DNA from: Candidatus Latescibacterota bacterium | Lineage (GTDB): Bacteria > Latescibacterota > UBA2968 > UBA8231 | Length of the DNA: 64,000 nt | Direction of reading: 5' to 3' | Assembly: GCA_965261395.1 (NCBI GenBank) | Contig: OZ253462.1 | Span: forward strand, 6,176,001 to 6,240,000 | Shown: positions 1 through 9,384 of the stretch, piece by piece | Layout of the letters: each line of letters starts with the position of its first letter | Numbering within the stretch: the stretch's first letter is position 1 | Notes under the pieces: generated by a model | Seen by the model: only the letters and a program-made list of their open reading frames with translations | What the model was told of the DNA's origin: nothing | The model's database searches: none | Position numbers and translations under genes: made by a program

Positions 1-675
1 ATTGCCAATCCGCGCAAGGTCCAAGACGACATTCCCGACGACGTGCTGTTGTGGCGCGACCTGCCCGGCACGCGCGGCCGCTCGATCTTTACCCGCGACC
101 TCCTGCCAGCGCGCGACGCCTTCGTCAACACCACGTACCTCGAAGTACACTACGACCGCTACCTGCCCTTGACGGCCAAGGTCAAACACGAATTCTATCA
201 GCAATTGGGGAATCAGCAAGACGAGTTGCGCAACCAGAGCTTCTTGGGCATCGTAGCCAAAGGCGAGTACTCCACCCACATTCGCGGCTGGACTGTGGTG
301 CCCAAGTGGAAACAGCTTTACAACAACGAGGTGCCAGCACAGCGCAGCGCGCCCAAAATACGCGAGCTAACGGAAATTTTCTCGCTGCAAGCCGTGCGCA
401 GCATCAACCGCAACATGCGCTTCATCGCCGGGGCCGAGTGCGAACTGTTCAACAATCTCCGCCCCAAGCCAGACCCTCTCCCCTCGGGCTACCTCCTCGA
501 CGGCACGACGTGGGTGCTCGCCGGTCAGGTCGCCAACGACTCCGCGTACTTGGGCTACGCCCTGACTGCGAATGTCGGCGTGCGCTGGATTCGCAACAAT
601 CTCGATGGGTCGCCGGCTTCGTCCGAGTTGCTGTCCTTCATCACGGTGTACGCGGGTTTGGGCACGGATCGCTAG
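1..675 (+). CDS. Hypothetical protein, 3' part (runs off window start); possibly outer-membrane
   Basis: Frame open from nt 1 to TAG at 673-675; host-like codon usage. Confidence 0.6.
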   Translation: MANPRKVQDDIPDDVLLWRDLPGTRGRSIFTRDLLPARDAFVNTTYLEVHYDRYLPLTAKVKHEFYQQLGNQQDELRNQSFLGIVAKGEYSTHIRGWTVVPKWKQLYNNEVPAQRSAPKIRELTEIFSLQAVRSINRNMRFIAGAECELFNNLRPKPDPLPSGYLLDGTTWVLAGQVANDSAYLGYALTANVGVRWIRNNLDGSPASSELLSFITVYAGLGTDR

Positions 676-738
676 GTTTGATTCCACCCATTCGTCATTA
701 ATTATTGCTTAATTGCGCTTCAACTTTTTTTGGTGTAT

Positions 739-960
739 ATCTTAATCTCACGTGAGTTCGGGATAAGCAGAGGGGCAAAAGCTCGACAGGCTAGTTTTTC
801 GGGTTCAAGTTCAGATTACTCTATGGAAAAGGTCGTCCCCAAAGCCAATTTTTATATTTTTTGTAACGGACATTCCTTGACCGATTAGAACATATTTTAT
901 AATCGGATAGCGATCTCCAATTAGAAGGTCGCTTAACCCGAACTCACGTTAGAATAAGAT
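739..960. mobile_element. MITE-like element with 30-bp imperfect terminal inverted repeats
   Basis: atcttaatctcacgtgagttcgggataagc (739-768) vs reverse complement of 931-960, 3 mismatches; AT-rich interior, no transposase, no TSD seen. Confidence 0.6.
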
Positions 961-994
961 TGAGCCGACACACTTCGCCGAGGCAGGCAAGCAA

Positions 995-1093
995 ATGATG
1001 CTCATACTCTTGGAATTTTTACTCTCTCTACCACAAATAATTGCCGGGTATTACGAGCATAAACGCAAACGCAAGCGCAAGCGCAAGCGGTAA
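995..1093 (+). CDS. Putative 32-aa peptide, hydrophobic N-terminus and (KR)5 tail
   Basis: MMLILLEFLLSLPQIIAGYYEHKRKRKRKRKR*; stop abuts the AAGGAG RBS of the next gene. Confidence 0.3.
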   Translation: MMLILLEFLLSLPQIIAGYYEHKRKRKRKRKR

Positions 1094-1108
1094 AAGGAGC
1101 TGATAATG

Positions 1109-1159
1109 CTCGACAGCATAACTAATAGGCTCGACAACATAACTAATAGGCTCGACAAC
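1109..1159 (+). repeat. 21-bp in-frame tandem repeat (LDSITNR/LDNITNR/LDN)
   Basis: ctcgacaRcataactaatagg x2.4. Confidence 0.85.
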
Positions 1160-1303
1160 GTAATCGTCCGTCTCGTGGCTTACTATATTGCCATATCCCT
1201 TTTTTTTGAGAGCATTTTGCGGTTGTCGCTAGGCCACAGAACCATGAGTTTCATATTAGCCATTTCTTCACCCCTGCAATCAGGGCCAGAGATCGGGAGC
1301 TTA

Positions 1304-2168
1304 GAAGCTGTTGAGTTAAAGTTATTTTGTATGTTATTTTGTCGTAACCGCTTTTTTCGTCTAGGATTTAGGAGGTTTGTATTATGCTTGGGTATCCCAG
1401 TGACGTGACCGATGCAGAATGGGCGTTGCTGGCTCCTTTTTTTGCTCGCCCCGATCCGCGGGGCAATCCGGGCAAGTATGCCAAACGGGATGTGGTCAAT
1501 GCTATTTTCTATGTGGTCAAAGGCGGCATCCCCTGGCGGATGCTTCCGTTGGATTTTCCGCCGTGGGACACCGTGTATGACCATTACCGGCGCTGGAATC
1601 AGCGCGGGGTGTGGGAACAAGCTTTGGATGCGCTGAACGAGCGCGCACGACACAAGCAGGGCAAACACAAGCATCCGACCTACGCCTTGGTCGATTCGCA
1701 ATCGGTTAAGACCCAATATGCCAGTCAGGATCGAGGCATCGACGGGGGAAAAAAAGATCAAAGGTCGTAAACGCCACATCGCCACTGATACGCTAGGTAA
1801 CATGCTAACGGTCCAAGTCCATGCGGCCAATCTCGCCGATACCAGCCAAGGATGGGATGTCTGCGACCAAGTCGCCGAAAAGTATGATTCGATACAAGCG
1901 TTCTGCGGCGACCAAGGATACCGAGGCACCACCGTCGAATTCGTCGAAAACCTGTTGGGATTGCGGCTGGATATAACCGATAAGCCAACCCAAGGGTTCC
2001 AAGTGGTGCCCAAACGCTGGATCATCGAACGAACGTTTGCTTGGTTGGGGGGATTTCGTCGCTTGGCCAAGGACTTTGAAATACGCACTCGATCCGCCGA
2101 AAACATGATTCGTATCGCCATGATAAACATTACCGTCGCTAAATGTGTCTGAATAACTCAACAGCTTC
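1304..2168 (+). mobile_element. IS5-family insertion sequence (IS427-like group)
   Basis: Perfect TIR gaagctgttgagtta/taactcaacagcttc with TA duplication (1302-1303, 2169-2170). Confidence 0.93.
1384..2152 (+). CDS. IS5 transposase in two frames (1384-1770, 1718-2152) joined at a G5A7 run
   Basis: YPSDVTDAEW, WRMLPLDFPPW, VDSQSVK, KKIKGRKRH, RWIIERTFAWL motifs. Confidence 0.9.
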
Positions 2169-2958
2169 TACTGGAAGAGCCCGGTGACTCCAGGGCCGCT
2201 CCGAGGCAGTTCGGGCACTTACTGGAACAGTCCGGTGACTCCGACCCCGCCGCAATATTTTTGCAGATTTCGATGGCACTGCTGTTTTCGTTTTTCTATG
2301 CCCTGCCCGTGACTTGGGTGTATCGCTGGACCCGGCCCCGCAAGAAATACAACCCAGACCTTGTCCATACCCTCCTCGTCGTGCCCATTGCGATTTCCCT
2401 CGTCGTTTTTCTCGTCAAGGACAGTCTTGCGCTCGCCTTCAGTCTCGCGGGCATTGTCGCCGCGGTTCAGTTCCGCACGACCTTGAGAGATCCCCTAGAT
2501 GCCACCTACATGTTCATCGTCATTGGTATCGGATTGTCGGCTGGTATCGGTATCGGTCAAGTGGCTATTTTGGCCTCGGTGGCTTTTAATGCCGTTGTTT
2601 TGGGCATCTGGCGCACGAACTACGGGGCGGAGCCTGCTGTCCTGTCCGGGTTCAGGCTAGTGCGTCCCGCCAAGCCGTTGCCCGGTGTGAGCGGCACCCA
2701 AGCGGGTAAAATCCCCAAACCGTATAATGCCAAGCTCAGGGTACATACGGTGCAGGTCGAGGCGGCACAGCAGGCTGCTCTTGCGCTCTTGGCGACCTAT
2801 GCCAAGCAGTGGCGACAGGTGCGGATTGTGCAGCAGGAGGACAGCACTGTGATCGTCGAATTTGATGTGCGGCTGAAGAAAACCGCGGATCCGGCCGCCT
2901 TCACCAGAGAGCTTGAAAAAAGTACAGAGGGCCATACCGTCAAAGTGGAGCTGGAATT

Positions 2959-3939
2959 ATGAGTGCCCCGAGTAACAACCTCCTGAGCGGGTTTTTGGTC
3001 TTCAGCGTTTTGATTTTTATGGCGTCATTGCTCGTGCGGGAGGACGCGGCAATCGAACCTGTCGTGGACACCGCGGACAGTCTGGTATCTACATCCACCG
3101 CGGACAGTCTGGTATCTACATCTACATCCTCTCTAGGCACGCCGCACGGGGACAACCTTACCCTCGCGAGTTACGACCTCGAAAAACCAGCGCGGCGTTT
3201 CAAGCTGCCGAAGCAGTGGCGGGAGATCTCCGGCTTGACCATGCTTGGAGAGAACCGACTCCTCGCGCACGATGACGAAAGGGGCGTAGTATTCGAGATA
3301 GACTATCGCGATGGTTCGATTGTAAAGGCGTTTGCACTCAGCGATCAGCTCGATCCGGTCGCCGACGACTTCGAAGGCATCGCCGCGGCTGAAGGCCGCG
3401 TGTACCTCGTTTCGAGTTCAGGGCGGTTATACGAGTTTGTCGAAGGCACCGATGGAGAGACTGTTCTCTACAATCTATATACAACCGGAATTGGACGAGA
3501 CCACGAAATAGAGGGACTCGCCTATGACCCGGACCAACGGGTGCTATTGCTCATCAGCAAAAACCCCAAGGACCCCGGGCAGACAGGCTTAGTAGCGATA
3601 TGTCGCTGGTCCCTCGATACCAAGCAGCTCGTCGAGGATGGCCCTATCCTCATACCAGCCATCACGCTCTCGAGCCGCATCGACAGCAAACAATTCCAAC
3701 CTTCGGGCATCGAGCGGCACCCAGTATCGGGAAACTACTTTGTCGTGGCGGCCCGCCAGGGCGCCATTGCCGAGATTACCCCACAGGGACGGGTCCTCGC
3801 CGTCGCGGATCTTGCGGCTGATCGGCATCCACAGACCGAGGGCATTGCGTTCGCTTCCGACAATACACTGATCTTATCCGACGAAGGGGTGAGCAAGCGC
3901 GCGACCCTGACTTTTTACCCCGTTTCAAAGGGCCGGTAA
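2959..3939 (+). CDS. SdiA-regulated/YjiK-family beta-propeller protein
   Basis: EISGL, HDDE, DFEGIA, IEGLAYD, QTEGIAF, SDEG repeats; N-terminal TM segment. Confidence 0.8.
   Translation: MSAPSNNLLSGFLVFSVLIFMASLLVREDAAIEPVVDTADSLVSTSTADSLVSTSTSSLGTPHGDNLTLASYDLEKPARRFKLPKQWREISGLTMLGENRLLAHDDERGVVFEIDYRDGSIVKAFALSDQLDPVADDFEGIAAAEGRVYLVSSSGRLYEFVEGTDGETVLYNLYTTGIGRDHEIEGLAYDPDQRVLLLISKNPKDPGQTGLVAICRWSLDTKQLVEDGPILIPAITLSSRIDSKQFQPSGIERHPVSGNYFVVAARQGAIAEITPQGRVLAVADLAADRHPQTEGIAFASDNTLILSDEGVSKRATLTFYPVSKGR
3070..3123 (+). repeat. 27-bp in-frame tandem duplication (TADSLVSTS x2)
   Basis: accgcggacagtctggtatctacatcY x2. Confidence 0.9.
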
Positions 3940-4016
3940 TTGCCGGCTTGTCCCGGCGGACGGAATCTTTGCGGCCACCCGGGCGTTACTTGGGAACGAA
4001 CTATCCCAAAAAAGCG

Positions 4017-5150
4017 ATGCGCCGGCACGGTTTAGGGCTGGGGATCGTCTTGCTCTTGGCGCTGGTAGTGGTCGTAGCAGGTTGCCGGGCGGGGCGCCTG
4101 CAAGGGGAGAACTACGGTGCCGACGACGAGCCGTACATCCGGCGGGATGTCCCGTCGGATGCGATCGCGACCGGCGGTCGGGTCGCGTATCGAGTCATCT
4201 TGGTCGGAGACACTGGGGAGCCGGTGCCGGACGATCCCACCCTTGCCGCAATCGGGCGCTGGGCGGTTCCGCAGGAGCGGGCCGCGGTCGTGCTACTGGG
4301 GGATAACCTCTACCCGTCCGGGCTTGCAGCCGATGATCGCCCTAGGGGTGAAGCCATTTTGCGCCAGCAGCTCGCAACGACCTCGGCGCTGCGGCTTTTC
4401 GTGCCAGGCAACCACGATTGGGGCTCTTCACCGCAAGACTGGACGGGAGCGCACGTCGTCGCGCAGCAGGAGTTCGTGCTCGCGTGGCCAGAGGGCAACG
4501 TGGACTTCCTACCCCGCGATGGATGCGCCGGCCCAGCCGTGCGCGAGTTGCTCAAGCCTGGGGACGGGCTGGAGCAGGGGGTCGCGGTCGTCGCCATTGA
4601 CTGGATGCCCTGGTTCTCACCGGTCGCCGACACTAGCAGGTGCCCGGACGGGGATTTCGGGACGCGGATTGACGCGGCCTTCTCGGCCCTAAAGAGGCAT
4701 TTCGTGATCGTGGTGAGCCACTTTCCGCTGCGCTCGGGCGGCACCCGCGCCGGCTTTGGCCGCGGGTTCATCATCGACCTCTTCCTCGACTTCTATCACC
4801 TGCTGCGACCGCGACCGCCCCTCAATCTGTACAATCCGCAATACATGGTCCTCGCAAAGCAGGTGAAGGACGCGTTAGCAAGACACCAGCCCCTCGTCTA
4901 TGCCGCGGGACACGATCACAGCCTACAGATCTTCGAGGCGGACGAAGTCGCTCGGATGCACATCGTGAGCGGGGCGGGTTCGGCCGGCAAAGTGTCGTCC
5001 GTGACCGCGGTGGCCGGGACGATCTTCGCCCACGCCGTCCCGGGATTCGCGGTACTCGATTTCGCAATCCACGACGGAGTTGACACCCCAGTCGTACGCA
5101 TCGTGAGAACTGGGCAGGAAGTGCCCGTGTTCCAGATGCGCATTCCGTAG
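4017..5150 (+). CDS. Calcineurin-like metallophosphoesterase, probable lipoprotein
   Basis: GDTG, GDNLY, GNHDW, GHDH motifs; VAGC lipobox; start codon uncertain. Confidence 0.85.
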   Translation: MRRHGLGLGIVLLLALVVVVAGCRAGRLQGENYGADDEPYIRRDVPSDAIATGGRVAYRVILVGDTGEPVPDDPTLAAIGRWAVPQERAAVVLLGDNLYPSGLAADDRPRGEAILRQQLATTSALRLFVPGNHDWGSSPQDWTGAHVVAQQEFVLAWPEGNVDFLPRDGCAGPAVRELLKPGDGLEQGVAVVAIDWMPWFSPVADTSRCPDGDFGTRIDAAFSALKRHFVIVVSHFPLRSGGTRAGFGRGFIIDLFLDFYHLLRPRPPLNLYNPQYMVLAKQVKDALARHQPLVYAAGHDHSLQIFEADEVARMHIVSGAGSAGKVSSVTAVAGTIFAHAVPGFAVLDFAIHDGVDTPVVRIVRTGQEVPVFQMRIP

Positions 5151-5187
5151 CGTGATTTCGCGTGACCGGACAATCCGAACCGGGTTT

Positions 5188-7851
5188 CTAAAACATGAGC
5201 CCGGCGCGCAGGTACCAGCCGGTCAGGTCCTCGCCGTACATCCTCGCCGCACTCAACGTCGCCCGGCGCTTGAGAAACGAGACCCAGAGCCCGCCGCCGC
5301 TGCCAATGTGCCAGCCATCGGCCTCCTCCGAGTCGGCGTCGAAGAATACCCGTCCCGCATCCACGGCGGCGAATGCGCCAAGTTCAACCGGAGATGGGAA
5401 CCGGATTCGAGTCAGCCGCACCCGGAACTCGCCGTTCCCGTAGAGGGTGGACTCGCCAGCGAAGCGATCCTCGCGGAAGCCCCGCAGGTTGTCGGGGCCG
5501 CCGACCGCGGCGGCTTCGTGGAACGGAAACGCGCCGCGGATGGTTTTGCCGCCCACGCGCAGGGCGAGAGTGGGCAGAGTGGGAACGTTGGCTGACAGGT
5601 ACGCAGATGCGTCGCCGGCAACGTAGCCGAAGGTCGATTCGACGTCCCACAGCTTTGGGTAGAGTTCGCCGCTGAGCCTGAACCGCACGCCCCGCCGGGC
5701 ATGACCCGAATTGTCGCGGGCATCGTAAACGAGTTCCCCGCCGACGCCGATCTGCCCGAAGGCCTCCGTCCCGTACAGGGGCGTCTCATAGGTGGCGATG
5801 AACTTCCCCTCGTTGCCGCGCAAAGGGGTGTCGGTAAACTTGACGAGCGGCCCGCCGGTCAGAGTCCACATCCCCTGCGACCGATCAGAGACCCAAAGGA
5901 GCGTGGGCGCGAAGAGGAACTGCGCCTGCTCCACCTCGTAGAACGACTCGGCACGCGGGATCTCAACGTCGTTTCCGAAGCCGTTGAAGCGAATCACGTT
6001 GATGCCGGAGTATTCCATCTGCAGCAGGCCGTCTAGGCCCCGCAGTAGATGCCGGAACTTCCCGGAATAGGCAACCAAGGGCTTGGCTCCCGCGCTGGGG
6101 GCGACTCCGAGGTCGAGCGCGTGTTGCGACGCATACGGCTTCTTCCGATAGCCATGGTATATCCGGGTGTAGAACAGCCCGGCGTAGGCACCGAGGTCTG
6201 GGCTGTAGCTGACGATCGGCAGCGCAATCGTCTCCATGCCCCAGTCGATGATGTACCTGTCCGTAACCGCACCCGTGGGAGCCGGCCGCTTGTACGGCCG
6301 CTCGTCGATCAGGGCCTCGCGCACATCGAAGCGATTCTCGCCGCGCGCGGCGTAAAATCGCGTCATCCGCCGTCCAGCCCGCGACTGGTTCGCGTAGCTA
6401 TCGTCGCCACCGCCGCCATCGACGCGGACCCTGATCTTGGCCCTCTCCCCGAGGACGGCGATCTGATCGTCCCCTCCGTGCAGGTAGATCCTGACTTCCT
6501 TTGTCTCGTGGGGATACAGGGTGCGGCGGAAGTACGGGGCGTTCTGCGTCCCCGCCAAGCGGATGCGAACCTCTAACTCGCCGTTCTCTCGATGTTCCAA
6601 TTCGAGGTACTCGTCCTCGTCCGTCCCCTTGATCTCAACCTCTCTGCTGATCAGCTCGTAGTACTGTGCCGCGAACTCGTCGAGATGGTCGCGGCGCGCC
6701 TTCAGCGCCCGGGTGAGGAAATCCCCTACCTGCTCGTAGTACGGGTCCGGCAACCGCCGGACGGCGTCCTCAATCACCGGGTCCGGTAGCTCGGCCTGCA
6801 CCGTGGTGGCCACCGAGTCCCACGCGCTCCACTCCAGTTCGGCCAGCAGCTCGCGGTCAATCTCCCAGCCGTTGCGGGGGAGTCCGCGGTGGTCCGGGTA
6901 CTGCTCTTGAAAGCGGACGAATTTGGGCTCGATCCGGCGCACCAGCTTCATGAGCAGGCCGTCGAAATCGATGAAGGCTTGGTCCCGGTCTTCGGGGATG
7001 GGCAACCACGTGTAGCAGTCTCCGGCCGGAAACCGCGCCCAGCGCCATTGGCCCGAGTGCCGATCCTTATCGCCGACGAGAAAATCGACGAGTCGAGCCT
7101 TGAGATAGGCGCGCGCATCAACTCGTTCGCAGGGCGTCTTTTCAAGACGCTTGTACAGCTTGTCCGTGCCGCTCACCTTGCGGGATCCGGCAAATCCCGG
7201 CTCATCGTTGGCCGCTTCGGACGGATGTTCCTGCAAGGTGCCGATCAGCCCGGCAAACTCTTGGCGATACGCTCCCAACCGCGGATCGTCGGGGATTACC
7301 ATCAGCCGATGCGTCGCGTGCAGGATTCCCGTCGCCTCCATCAGCGCATCCACCACTAGCGCCCCCGTCGGCAGCAGGGCACTCATGAGATCTTGGATCA
7401 CATCCTCGACGACGGTATGCTTGAGTTCCTCCATCAGCCGCTTGGATGGATCCTTGTCGAGGGAGCGCACCGTGTAACGGCGGCCGTCCTTGCCCACAAA
7501 ATGCAGCGAAATGGACTGGCCGAAGCCGCCTGTGCGCATGGGCGACAATCCACCGCCCACCGCATCGAGATCGAGGACCGGCACCTCGATCGGCGTCGTC
7601 CAGATCTGGCGATAGTTGCTACCGTAGATCCACCGCTGCAAACGACCTGCTTTGAATCGCTCACCCGGTACCACCACGTGCATCGTGTCGCCCTTCTCCG
7701 GGATAGAGCGATGAATTAGCTGGCCGGCCTTTGCCACTACCGCATCAGCACCCCCAAGATGCAGGGCAGCAACAAGCAGCGCCGTCGCCCGGCGACGCAG
7801 CCAAGGACTGCTCAGATGCTCGTTTCGGTTCATCTCTTTATCACCCTCCAT
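5188..7851 (-). CDS. Omp85 (BamA/TamA-like) barrel protein with N-terminal kinase-like domain
   Basis: LRGFREDRFAG motif, C-terminal Phe; GDKDRHSGQW and IPEDRDQAF in N-terminal half. Confidence 0.75.
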   Translation of the reverse strand: MEGDKEMNRNEHLSSPWLRRRATALLVAALHLGGADAVVAKAGQLIHRSIPEKGDTMHVVVPGERFKAGRLQRWIYGSNYRQIWTTPIEVPVLDLDAVGGGLSPMRTGGFGQSISLHFVGKDGRRYTVRSLDKDPSKRLMEELKHTVVEDVIQDLMSALLPTGALVVDALMEATGILHATHRLMVIPDDPRLGAYRQEFAGLIGTLQEHPSEAANDEPGFAGSRKVSGTDKLYKRLEKTPCERVDARAYLKARLVDFLVGDKDRHSGQWRWARFPAGDCYTWLPIPEDRDQAFIDFDGLLMKLVRRIEPKFVRFQEQYPDHRGLPRNGWEIDRELLAELEWSAWDSVATTVQAELPDPVIEDAVRRLPDPYYEQVGDFLTRALKARRDHLDEFAAQYYELISREVEIKGTDEDEYLELEHRENGELEVRIRLAGTQNAPYFRRTLYPHETKEVRIYLHGGDDQIAVLGERAKIRVRVDGGGGDDSYANQSRAGRRMTRFYAARGENRFDVREALIDERPYKRPAPTGAVTDRYIIDWGMETIALPIVSYSPDLGAYAGLFYTRIYHGYRKKPYASQHALDLGVAPSAGAKPLVAYSGKFRHLLRGLDGLLQMEYSGINVIRFNGFGNDVEIPRAESFYEVEQAQFLFAPTLLWVSDRSQGMWTLTGGPLVKFTDTPLRGNEGKFIATYETPLYGTEAFGQIGVGGELVYDARDNSGHARRGVRFRLSGELYPKLWDVESTFGYVAGDASAYLSANVPTLPTLALRVGGKTIRGAFPFHEAAAVGGPDNLRGFREDRFAGESTLYGNGEFRVRLTRIRFPSPVELGAFAAVDAGRVFFDADSEEADGWHIGSGGGLWVSFLKRRATLSAARMYGEDLTGWYLRAGLMF

Positions 7852-7890
7852 AGCTAAACAAGAGATAGCAAAGTACGGGATAGATAGCTC

Positions 7891-9249
7891 CTACTCAAAC
7901 GCCTTCTCCAACGCCTCTGGAAACACGTGAATCTGGCCTGCATACGCCTCGCGCAACTCGGCCAATAGCGCATCCATAGCCTCGGTTTCGGCCCGCATTC
8001 GCAGGGCTGTGCGAATGCTCTCCCTCAGAGAAGCAAAATCCGCGACCCGGCCATCAGCGAGGGTAAACTGGTCGAGGTGCTGGTCGTAAAAGGCCCGCAC
8101 AGCCGCGTCGCCGATTTCCCCGACCCGTTCGGCCTCGGCTTGGTAGAGCCGCTTGACCAACAGGGCGTCTCGTTCCTTTTCGACGTTGGCGCGGATATCC
8201 GCATCGTCGGCGATCCCCAGTTTGCGGGCTTCCGCTACCATGATCTGCTTGCCGGCGAGGTTATCCACGGCCTTGTACAGGCGCGCACTGTCGAGTTTGG
8301 CCGGGTGCGGCGCGCGGTCCTGCTCAACTAAGGCGAGGTACTCTCGCGCCACGAGTTGGCCTCCGCGCCAAGTGAGCAGCGGCGCGTCCCCTCCATCCCA
8401 CTGCGTCGATTGCCGCGGCACAGCGAGCAGCGCGGCAAAAACCTCCGCGTTCAGCGCCAACTGATACCGCTGGCGCAGGGCACCGACGTAGCGCTCCATA
8501 TCGTCGGCCCGGCTCTGCACGCGGGCCTTTTTTTCTACCCATTCGCGGGCCGCGGCAAAATCGACGGGGCGTCGTTCCCCAAGCCTGAAGACGTGGTAGC
8601 CACTCAAGGTCTGCACGGGGTCGGGATACACGCTGCCGATGGGCATGGTGCTGAGGGGCTCCTTTAGCCCCTCGTACACCTCGCCGACCTTGAACCAGCC
8701 GACCCAACCACCGGGGCCAAAGCGCTGTTGGATGTTCTGCAGAGAATAGAGCCGCACCAACGACTCAAAAGGCGTCCCTTCGCCAAGCAACTCGAGGACG
8801 AGCCGGGCCTCTTCTTCGGTAGCGCAGACGATGTGTTGGCTGAGTACTTCCACGTCGTACTGCTGTTGGGCAAAAAAAGCCCGCAGTTCCTCCTCCGTAA
8901 ACGAATACGACGCCTGCACAGCTTCCTGCTCGTAGAGCTTGTTCATCAGCGCCTTGCGCTCGCTCTTGGCCACGGCTTGGGCGATAGCCGAATCGCGGTC
9001 GTACCCGCGCCGGAGCCCCTCGGCAATGAGCAATTCCCGCGCAATGACGCCGTCGAGCAGTTCCTGCTTGCCCTGCTGATCTAGCTTCTCGACGTGGCTA
9101 TAGCCGGTCTCCCGCAGCTTTTGCGCCATGGCCTCGAACTGCCGCACCGAAATGGCCTTGTCGTCGATGCGCAGGACCGTCTCTTCCGCGCCTAGAGCCG
9201 CGCTGCCCAAGACGAGGAGCGCGAAGGTGCTAACTAGCGAGTATTTCAC
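7891..9249 (-). CDS. Secreted PpiC/SurA-type peptidyl-prolyl isomerase
   Basis: Signal peptide, SurA-like N region, QHIVCATEEEA...FESLVRLYS...GYHVFRL parvulin core; GTG start inferred. Confidence 0.8.
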   Translation of the reverse strand: MKYSLVSTFALLVLGSAALGAEETVLRIDDKAISVRQFEAMAQKLRETGYSHVEKLDQQGKQELLDGVIARELLIAEGLRRGYDRDSAIAQAVAKSERKALMNKLYEQEAVQASYSFTEEELRAFFAQQQYDVEVLSQHIVCATEEEARLVLELLGEGTPFESLVRLYSLQNIQQRFGPGGWVGWFKVGEVYEGLKEPLSTMPIGSVYPDPVQTLSGYHVFRLGERRPVDFAAAREWVEKKARVQSRADDMERYVGALRQRYQLALNAEVFAALLAVPRQSTQWDGGDAPLLTWRGGQLVAREYLALVEQDRAPHPAKLDSARLYKAVDNLAGKQIMVAEARKLGIADDADIRANVEKERDALLVKRLYQAEAERVGEIGDAAVRAFYDQHLDQFTLADGRVADFASLRESIRTALRMRAETEAMDALLAELREAYAGQIHVFPEALEKAFE

Positions 9250-9384
9250 TGTCCCTACTTCCTTTTTTGGCTTGCCCCCGTCGTTGTAGCAGTCGTCGAA
9301 CACCGCGCCGTGGCTGACGCGCTCGATCAATAGCCCCGACCCGCTCTCGGCGAACGAGCCATCGCCCTAGTGGCTGAATCCGCA

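Larger units (their letters stand above)
1106..2962 (+). pseudogene. DUF4956-family membrane protein interrupted by IS5
   Basis: Removing 1304-2170 joins ...EIGSL to LEEPGDS... in frame with ORF 2261-2962; LAFSLAGIVAAVQFRTTLRD motif. Confidence 0.85.

Noticed and set aside
1183-2130. 315-aa minus-strand ORF
   Set aside because: Antisense shadow of the IS5 transposase
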